This document shows, one piece after another, positions 37,503-46,559 of a DNA stretch of 46,559 nt; positions within the stretch are counted from its first letter, which is position 1; every line of letters begins with the position of its first letter. The translations under genes and the position numbers were made by a program. Below the pieces are notes generated by a model, which had not been told where the DNA came from, made no database searches, and saw only the letters and a program-made list of their open reading frames with translations. This stretch comes from Trypethelium eluteriae (lineage: Eukaryota), in NCBI GenBank assembly GCA_051942245.1, contig JAVECL010000132.1, positions 1 through 46,559 of the forward strand. The letters run 5' to 3'.

Positions 37503-38366
37503 TTATTTGGTTGCGATCGCGATGTTTGCCACGAATTTCAACGAAATCTTGCCTCCACCAAGCTCTTTATATCCGTCAGTCTTCTTCAACTCCTGCTTGA
37601 TAGTCTCGATAGCCTTGTCCCAATTTTCCTCATCGGTTCTAAGCCATCCAACAGCGGTTGTGCCGCCCATGAAGCTCCAGAGCATTGTAGCGTAACGGTT
37701 GATTTCAGATGTTGTGATCTGAACATCTCCCTTTGTGATCTTGACATTGTCTGTGCTGAATCCACCTTGTTCGATTATGCTTCGCAAAAAGTCACCTTGC
37801 TCCCACCTCTCCACGCCTGCACGTGGAAGTGGAGTTCCGACGGGTCGCGTGGCTTTGGCAGCAGCTTCGAGAGGACTGATGTTTGGAACGTATGCCCAAG
37901 AATTGATGATCGCGACTCCGCTAGGCTTGAGTGTCCGATACATCTCCTTCATAACATCGACACCGTCATTGGGCACCACAAAGATCAGCGCATTACCAAT
38001 TATGTGAGTGAAGGTACAATCAGGGAAACAGAGCGCGTTGGAGTCCATGTGGCTAGCTTCAGCAGACCAGTTGCCATCAGCAGCACGCTGTCGATAGACT
38101 TTCAGAGCTTCGTCGTTGATGTCTGTGCCCATGATTGAAACGTTCGCTGATAGCTCTGAAGCCTTAGCTACAATCGCAGCCGAGCCTGCACCAGTGCCGC
38201 AGCCATTATCGTTGAAGAGAGCACCGTCGGGCAGAGATGCGACGTGAGTAAGCGACATTTTTGCAAGGTTTTCCATACAATCGGAGACAAGCTCGTCGTA
38301 TAGTTGAGGTGTGGGAGATAGTGCTTGCTTCGGCACGAACTTGACTTCACCGCCTAGCATATCCAT
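37503..38366 (-). CDS. Class I SAM-dependent methyltransferase
   Basis: Intronless 287 aa; motif I DNGCGTG, GTDIN, EMYRTLKPSG. Confidence 0.9.
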   Translation of the reverse strand: MDMLGGEVKFVPKQALSPTPQLYDELVSDCMENLAKMSLTHVASLPDGALFNDNGCGTGAGSAAIVAKASELSANVSIMGTDINDEALKVYRQRAADGNWSAEASHMDSNALCFPDCTFTHIIGNALIFVVPNDGVDVMKEMYRTLKPSGVAIINSWAYVPNISPLEAAAKATRPVGTPLPRAGVERWEQGDFLRSIIEQGGFSTDNVKITKGDVQITTSEINRYATMLWSFMGGTTAVGWLRTDEENWDKAIETIKQELKKTDGYKELGGGKISLKFVANIAIATK

Positions 38367-38539
38367 ATTAACCGTGATTGATTGATCTTGGGAAAAGATG
38401 TTACGTTTGGAGTTGGGAGGCTATCGAAGCAGAGCAGGCTTCCAATTAACAGCGTTGCCCGACACCATCACCCTACTATAAGTAGCTGTTGAAAGGGGGC
38501 ACAGGAAGGGACAAGGTGCGGGAAAGGTGCGGCACAGTG

Positions 38540-39076
38540 CGACCCGCCTCGAGGCGATCCTCCTTAAGATTGACCCGGTCAGAACGTCAGAATATATCTG
38601 ATTAGCTTCATGTTAATCGTGCTGGTCATGTTAGAAAGAAACGCCAATCGTGACATCTGTAGATTCTTGCCTAAACCAGCCAATGGCCTGTACCAGATGA
38701 ATAGCCGCTTTGCCATCACGCGTGTTTTCAAAGTCCGCATATAAGGGTGGTAGAGCGAACTCAGGTAACATGATGATGAGCGGTACAGTCTTTGAACGAA
38801 TGCTCTGATACGATAAACCAAATAGCACGACCCGTTTCGAGGCGATTCGCCTCAAGATTGACCCAGTCAGAATGAATCTGCGTCTCTCCACGCTAATAGG
38901 GCTGGTCGTGTTAGAAACGAACGCCGATCGTGACATCTGCAAATCCTTGCCTTGGTCAACCAGTGCTCTGCACCGGACAAATTCTGTCACGCTTGCTTTC
39001 AAAGTCCGTATATGGGGTGGTTAAGCAAAATCAGGCAACATAGTCATGAGCTGTGCAGTTTCTGACCGTATGCTCT
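38540..39076. repeat. Diverged tandem duplication of a ~260-bp unit
   Basis: Copy 1 is 38540-38806 and copy 2 is 38828-39076. They share collinear blocks CGACCCG..TCGAGGCGAT, AAGATTGACCC.GTCAGAA, ATCGTGACATCTG, TTTCAAAGTCCG and ATGCTCT. Confidence 0.85.
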
Positions 39077-39279
39077 AGCTTCTCACTAATGTACCACTGC
39101 TTTTTAGGTCGAAGCGCTTCCGTTGAAGGATATCAATCTCTGCGTGCGCTTCAAGACCGATCTGATTGGACCAGAGATCGAGATTCCCATGGAGACCGAC
39201 TACTTGCCTCAGGTCAAAACTTCCAAGCTTGCCGTTTTCTGTGCATTGCGTTCTATTTTAGGATGTTCTAATGCTGGGT

Positions 39280-41083
39280 TCATTGGAAGAACCCCGCAAT
39301 CTCATCTTGGTAGAGACTAAGACTCTGCATTCGGGCAACGCTGCCTTTGGCAGTCCGAACGAACGGCTTCTGCTCATTGATGAATATGACTAGATCTATC
39401 GAGAGCTGCACAGACGGATGGCACCGGGCATTTATTCTCTCTAGATGCGGCCGAAAGCTCTCTAGTAAGGTCGCTCGTTGGGCTTCGGTGGAGGTCTGAG
39501 CCCTTCCTGCTGGTACGAGTTCTATCAGCAGCACCGGATGAGGCTGGCCGTGTCCACCAATTAGTGCAGATTGAATGAGATCGTGCTTTTCGATTTCGGG
39601 TTCGAGGGTTGAGGCGTGTAGTCCTTCTCCGTGTGCTAGATAGATATAGTCATCAGCTCGACCGACGATCTTCCACAAACCCTTCTCGGTCGGATGTTGA
39701 ACCCAAAGGTCATTAGTCTTAAATTGAGTTAGATGTGGATAGACTTGAAAAATCTGCTGCATATCAAGCGAGTTTCCTGAACGGTTCAAGACCAGCTCAT
39801 GCATATCATCTAGCTGTTTCTCAAATGTTGCTCCCATTGCTAGGTGAAAAGAAACATAGTCCCAATACTCCGAGGTCGGGTAGAGTTTGGTGAGATATCC
39901 CCCGGCTTCTGTCGTTCCAATAGAAGGCGCGAGTCGAACTTGGGGAGCAAGCTTGTTTCCATTGACTGTACCAAGTGGAGCACCGCAATAGTGGATATAA
40001 TCGAGACTGCGTAATGTAGAAAGGCCTGATGGGTCGAGACAGAGAGTATCGATTAGAGCTGGCGGCAGAAGTGCTCCATTGACTTTACCATACTCCAAGA
40101 TCTGTTGTATAGTGGTCGGATTCGGTGGAGAATGTACTGGTCCGAGCACAACGACAGTCCGAACGAAGACACTCATGGAGGTAAGCATCAGCATGCCAAC
40201 AAACTGGGATTATCAGCTTTTAGCTGCTTTCTGTGAACGGAGCAGACGGTCGAACATACATGCAGCGCCGGCAATGGCGTATAGCAACGCGTAGACGCGT
40301 AATGATTGATGTGCGTCTCCTATATATCGTCGAGTGTGGCTGCAGCATCTGGCTTCGCCATCATACGGTGCGTATAGGTCACCGGCCTGGGGAAACCTGA
40401 CTTCCAATCAGTCCGAAAAGCTACAACAGATTTTCTTCAAGGCTCAAGCTCACCAGTCGTTCCTGAGGTATGAAACACAAGCCAAGGGTCATCTTTCCCT
40501 ATATCCCATGACTTCTCGTAATTCACTGGCGTTGCCTGTTCCTCCTTCAAGAGTTCAACGAGTTGTGGAGCGCTAATTGGATTGATCTTAGTCTGGAAAT
40601 CGGTCAATTGACCCACAAAGTCTGCCATGCTCTCGTCTCGGACGTATGTCGTGCAATTCTTTTGGAGAAGAATGCGCGAGATAGCCTCAGGCGTAATGAT
40701 TGAGGAAAGCAGTATCATCTATCTTCAGCATGAGCGTCGCCAGTCATCAAAGTAGAATCCTTTCAATATACCACTCTATTACATTTTCCCGCCGCAGTAG
40801 CTAGAATTGGGTATCTAAGGTCTCTCGGACCAGAATACGCGAATGGCTCGAAAGGTTCAGAGGCAGAAGGGAGATTTTGCTGAAGCCAGTGAACGGCATG
40901 ATTGACAGCATTCGCAAACTGGCCAAAGGTTATGTCCTCAAAGCCTTGAGATAAGTCCTGTTCATTTCTAGGCACAGAAACCCAAGGGCTTGATGGTTCC
41001 AGCCTTGCGCGTTCGTCAATCACCGAGATGGGGATACGCGCTCTGTCAAAGTTCCAGGTAGGAAAAATGATTGTAAAGGTCAA
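39280..41083 (-). pseudogene. Stand-alone NRPS-like/ANL adenylation-domain gene with a premature stop
   Basis: Motifs DLRYPIL, FHTSGTTG(FP), HYCGAPL, IGTTEAG, WKIVGRADD, FVRTAKGSV. In-frame TAG at 40320-40322; no in-frame ATG for exon 1; ends before any T or R domain. Confidence 0.78.
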
Positions 41084-42871
41084 GATCTCTCTCTGTTTTT
41101 CTCATCTGGCTAGGAAATGAAGCTGTATATATACACCGTAACAACCCCTGTATCTTCGGGATCTCACCCTTCTGCTTCCGAGAGTATTAGTCAGCTAAAT
41201 GACCTAGAACTCTCTGATATAGCTAGGATAATATTGACACGCTCCGTGACCGGGTCCAAAAGTTTGTGGATAGATGGCCATGCCTGAGACCTTTCAGATA
41301 GATGAGCTATGTCGTGCACAAAGAATGAAACCAATGACAGGAAATTATCGCAAAGTCACTTAGAGCGGTACGATAAGTTGAAGTACTCTAAACGTAGGAA
41401 GTCGATGTGGAGAAACCTGGCTGAGGCGCAGCATCCACATGCAAGCCTGCGACACCTCGTCTTCCACGGCGGCACAAATACTGAGCTCAGGTATCGAATT
41501 CATCGCTCAATTGGAATGGCCTTCTTTGGCCCGGAAAAAGTAAACCAGCCCCCGTCTCATCGAGCAACCCGGGCCGGGATGCACCCCTACGCCGTGATGC
41601 ACCCTTGGGCCGGTCATTGTGCATACTGCACGCCAGCCAAGAAGGACCAGGCGTCCTGTAGATGGCCTCCGTCAGACAAGGACGACCCACCTGACTGTCC
41701 AGACTAAAATATCGCCCTTGACAGTAAATTGAAAAACGGCGAACCATGGACTGGTGAGGCTCTGCCGTATTGTGTTCTAGCAAGGTTTCCGGTGAGAGTG
41801 GCGTCAATATGCTGGCAGCCCAGTTCCTCCCATCACCTTACAGGCTCTCAAGCTGTTGCGAGGTAACGACGCCATCATGAATATTTGTGAAACTCTCATC
41901 TAACATGTCTATGGGCGTACGCTGTAAACGACAGAGGCGCATTGAAGGCCGGCGCATCGGTACATGTGTGGTCCTTTGGCGATACGATTCTAAGCCTGTA
42001 GACTGTACTGATTCGACTCGGCCCTTGCCGCCTCCCCTTCAGCTATTCAGTTCGACTCTTGTCCCCTGCCAAGACCCACGACAGTCCCTGTGCTGACCTT
42101 CCATGACTCGAGCTTGGTTACGCCTGGTATGAACTCTTCCGAAGCATGGCTACCCACTGTAACCATAATCACTCCCTACAATTGCTCGCAGACATCAGCA
42201 TGAAGGTCTCCGCCGCCGGAATCGCGCACGACAGTGTGACCTCTGTCCCCTTCACCGATGGCGGCGGCTAAGCGGCTAAGCTGGGCATACATCATGAGCC
42301 TTGACGCCCTTCCATGAGCTATCCTTGATCGTGGCTTGGTTATGGACAGTGTTGGCGAGGGAATCGGGAGTGCTATGGTTGAATCAGCTTCTGAATCCAC
42401 GAACCTCAAATGGCATATGCAAAGCTTACCAAGCGCGGTCTCGAGGAGCCCTATAATTTCGTCGCAGCTCAAGGAGGAGACTGGATTTCAGGCCTATGAC
42501 TTCTTCAATGAACTGAATTTCTATGGAGCTACAGGGAGTCCCTAAGCCGAAAGGGTCTGATCTGTCCTTTATTGTATCTCTATGGAGAGACTCGTTGACA
42601 TGAGCCATATATAGCTCTTGTCACGCCATCGTGGATTTACTGAACATATTTGCCGTTTGGCAGCAGACCGACCACGGTTGGGTGCTGACAGGCGGCATTG
42701 CAGTAACCATACTGACCAGTATGTCCCCCTGTATCTGCGCCAGCAAGATATCAGAAGGCATTATGCAATGCATTCCAAGTTGGTAACGCTGTTTTGCATG
42801 CCATGCTCACCACGAAGCGTACGTGGCTTTTCTGAGGTCTGAGTAGTGAAGGTCATCGCGTTCGATAGTCT

Positions 42872-45511
42872 TCAGACAATCGTAACTGTTTCGTTACGGA
42901 ACTTCTTGGACCAAATTTCAGAGGCTCCGGCCTCCAAATAGCAATATGAGTACCCTACGCGAACGTATTCGTCATTTGTGCGGCGTTGCTTGAGCAAGAG
43001 GCCTTCCAATTTGGAGAAATGGTCCTTTTCGGTGACTATCTGACTGCGAGTACCATCGTTGCTACGCTGTACGAGAAGGAAGGTAGCTGTCACCTGGCCA
43101 CGTCTTGGTAGGTATATCCACAGTATCAGGGTATGCTTCACAGATGTAGCCAAGCTGCTCGCCGGTTTTTGCATCTGACACGCTGAAGCTGGTCTCAGCT
43201 GGGCCCGGGCCCCAGACAGTGCCAGATGAGCACGATCTCTTCTTACAGGGGCCTGGACCCCATGTGACATCCAGCAAGCTTCCGCGTAATTTGAGGTAGC
43301 CACCTGTCACGGAGCTAAACTCGAGATGCAAGGAATCCAGTGTAGTCTCACACTCTAGAACGATGACTTCAGGGTCGCAGTAGTCCCAAATGTCATCGGA
43401 CTGGTCGAATACCTTTTTGAAACTAGCACCATCAACTGCAGCCCAAGACCAAGATGGCATTCGGCTACGCTCAGAGACTGCTGGCGCTCGGGACTTTGCG
43501 GGAACTTTCCATAAGAGAGTGGAGTAAAGGAACTTCTCCCAGATGCCCGCTCTATACCGGCCTAGACAAGTTCCGTATCTGTGGAAGTATTCGCTAGCGA
43601 GTGCAGCGATCGCAAGTAGTTTGTCTTCAGGATTGGTGAGATCCCGTTGACAATAATCGTCCACTATTTCTTTCCACTGCTCGTTGACGTCTTGTGGCAT
43701 GACTCTTCCTTCTGGAGGTTCAGTCCGAATCAAAGACTGCGATCCTTCGGCGCTGACTATGATCGCGTTTGGCACTACGACGGTGTCCGGATCTGGTTCG
43801 GAGGTGACTTGAGGTGGTATTTGCCTCACGTTCTTTTGCGCCATCAACCCAGTGGTAGCATCCAGCACTTCATCAGGTGGTGTTTGATGCTGATGAGGTG
43901 CGAGACGGACTCGTGCCTGAACTATTTCCTTTGTGCCACCGGCTAATTCTGGTTGTTCAAATACACTGCGGTCAAGTTCTCTGACTGTGTAACCCATCTG
44001 CTCTAGTCTTTTTGGTTCTCTATCGACTTCTACTACAGCGAAATTGGAGTATTTGTCCGATAGAGCCAGCGTCAATACGGGTCGAAGTCCAAATGAGGCT
44101 AGATGTTGTATCTCTGCGAGAGTAGCCTTGAGATGGTCAGAAAATCGACAGATTTCCATTTCTTCAGCCGCCTCCTCTGTCAGCAAGGTTCCTTTCGTCC
44201 ACTTTGACGATCGACTATCACCTGAATCGTAGAGGACCCGGCCGTCGTGGAACTCATGAGAGCTCTCATCGCATCGGAAGATGACGCCACCGACTGACGG
44301 GAAAATTAAGATGCGCTTACAAAGAAGCTCCTCTTGTAGGATCCAACCACGTGATGATGCATGCTCTTCTTTCTTCCTATACCACTTCAGATTATCCCCA
44401 TGCCGTACGTAGATTTCGTCATCCAAGCCATCTTTCGTGAGAAAGGGTAGCTTTAGAAACTTCTGTTCGGTTTGCGGAGAGAGCTGCTGCTGGCAGTTAT
44501 CAAGGAATCTTTCTTCGACGGATTTGGTGCCGGAACACTGGATAACGATCGTTGAGTCGCGATAGTATCTGTTCATTTTAGAGAGCTCCTTCTGAAGATC
44601 AATTGAATCTGTTTGCCAAATGCATAATGCATCTATCCAGAGATAGTCCAGGTTCAATGATCGAGCTACCTCTACCGCGTCATTGAATGTGGCTGGTAGG
44701 TGACTGACAGGCAAAGGCTTCTTGTAAGCAGAGCGAGCAAGATGCTCGAAGGAATCCTTAGACCATGCATGGCCCCAAGAATAGGATAGGCAGGCATATT
44801 TGCCTGTCTCGCCCAATTTGGATTGGCGTATCAGGACCGATTTAGACGTTGAAACACCAGTAATATCCAATACTCGAGTTGGTAGACTCGGATTCGATGA
44901 GTTTACACATTTGGTGTGGTTGCGCTGGCATTTATGAATCCAGCTTCGTGCAAGAGTCGCATCAAAGCTAGGGGCAGGCGTGGGAGGACCTTGGTAGGAG
45001 AAGAATAAAGCGCTGGCATGTCCTCCTAATGGTGACCCATTAGTCTAAGATATCCCTAACTGCTCGGAGAGTTTGACCTACCAGGGTAGGCAAAAACGCC
45101 AAGATCAAGCATGTGATTGAAGTCAGTGAACCCCCCGCCTTCCCTACCGTCTTCATAATCCACTCGACACGATACTTCTATCTTGCTTAGAAGTTCTGGC
45201 TCTGAATGCTGAGCTGTCGGAAAACTTAAGCGGAACTTAAGTTTAGTCCATGAAATCCGGCTGATGCGCTGTAGAAGGGAGCCGGGCGCTCCCTTCGGGA
45301 GATTGAGGGACAACAAGTGGCACCATTGGCAATCTTTGGCTCTCTCAAAGAACTTAGCAGCTGGTACCGGGTAAGTAACGACTCTTTTGAACTCTTCCGG
45401 ATTAATCCATGCTGAACGAAGGTAGGAGTTTTGCAAGTAGAATTCTTGCCAACCTTCCGGTCCCCAAGGTCTGTCCCTACAAGCTTGGCAGAGGTGCGCT
45501 CGTTCTATCAT
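42872..45511 (-). CDS. HET-domain (heterokaryon incompatibility) protein with a frameshift near the C-terminus
   Basis: ATG 45511 (LCQAC, CQWC); intron 45026-45081. Motifs WIHKCQRNHTKC, LPTRVLD, YACLSYSWG, YLWIDALCIWQ, RGWILQEELL, YCQRDLT..EDKLLAI, PSWSWA. The typical tail GLLL...YVRVG...VTIV* lies in a different frame after about 43100. Confidence 0.85.
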
Positions 45512-46000
45512 GTACAATGGTACAACTCTTGAGATAGCATATGAGTGCTTGAATTATCAATCTTGGACAGAGCCTAGCGGACCGATTGGCTGGCGCAGTA
45601 TCATAGTATATGCACTCCGTAGTTAAGATTGGATTAGGTGTCCAGGCGGCTCCAGGACTTCGAGTTCCACAGTCGGGGCTTCACAGAATGCACAGTCTGA
45701 CCTCAGCGCCTCTCTCCTGTAAGCCCCAGAGCAGTGTGTACGGACTTGGGCTTCGGAGTCGATGACCGAAATGTTGTTTGTTCAAACCTTTCAGCAGGTC
45801 AGGTAAGATCGGAGGAATGTTTTTCTGAGGTACTTTACCCCACCAACTGACGCTATCCCCATTGGTCATCGTCCAGTGGGGTTGATAAATTGGTAAGAAC
45901 TTAATATCTTGACCAATCCAGGTCTATATCAATGCTGAAATAATTACTTCTACAGTACTTCCACTCTATTCTGCTTGCTATTACTGTCAATTGATTCAAT

Positions 46001-46559
46001 ATGTCCGAAAAATCAGCCTGGCCAGAAATTGCCAGAAAGAAGAGGGAAGCACTCCTCAACGAGATTCCAGAAAAATGGCGTCTGACCAGTGGGATTCCGC
46101 CTGCACAAGAGCAGAAAGATATTACGGGCTTGTTCATAGAACAATATTTGTCCCCCACGGAAGTGGAGATTACTAACTCAGATGCTGCCTTTATTGTAGA
46201 AAAAACAACAGCCGGGGCTTGGAAGGCCAGAGAAGTACTCGAAGCCTTCTGCCACAGAGCAGCACTGGCACATCAAATGGTAAATAATGCATATTCCGGG
46301 TATACAATGCAGAAAGAAATAGAGCAGAATTGAAACCTAGCATTTCTTTACCCGTTTCGTCAAATTTCTATTTCATTTACAAAATCCCCCGCTCACGACT
46401 ACTAAAGCTCCCCTGCCTCCACGAAATCTTCTTCACCGACGCCCTTGCCGAAGCCGACGCCCTCGACACCCACTACCGCACGCACGGCCAACCCCTCGGG
46501 CCCCTCCACGGTCTCCCCATCTCCCTCAAAGACCAACTCAACATCCGCAACGTCGACAC
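46001..46559 (+). CDS. Acetamidase/general amidase, 5' part (runs off the window)
   Basis: W..IA.KKR, EVLEAFCHRAALAHQ; intron 46280-46407; then LPCLHEIFF...GPLHGLPISLKDQ. Confidence 0.9.

Noticed and set aside
41590..42545. Possible decayed Zn2Cys6 transcription factor divergent from the adenylation gene (HCAYC..AKK)
   Set aside because: The six-cysteine pattern is incomplete and the frames are broken.

Overview
Intron-containing filamentous-ascomycete-type fungal genomic DNA (short GT-AG introns with CTAAC-type branch points); no rRNA, tRNA or CRISPR is seen. It looks like an accessory, conflict-enriched region. From left to right: the right end of a DNA transposon, a kinase-SEL1-ankyrin gene and a secreted carboxylesterase. 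Next is a compact four-gene module: sugar-porter MFS (+) converging on kinase-ankyrin, a CorA-like protein and a 77-aa three-exon microprotein missed by the ORF track (all -). Then come an orphan protein, a mucin-like GPI-type surface protein, an SDR, two MITEs with TIRs and TSDs, a frameshifted amidase and a PD-(D/E)xK-like gene beside an atypical kinase gene. The right end holds a SAM methyltransferase, a decayed tandem duplication, an adenylation-domain pseudogene, a HET-domain gene and the start of a second amidase. Four genes carry apparent single-nucleotide lesions. The best candidate for an undescribed system is the microprotein/CorA-like/kinase-ankyrin/MFS module. All exon structures were inferred by eye, and family assignments rest on motif recognition, not database searches.
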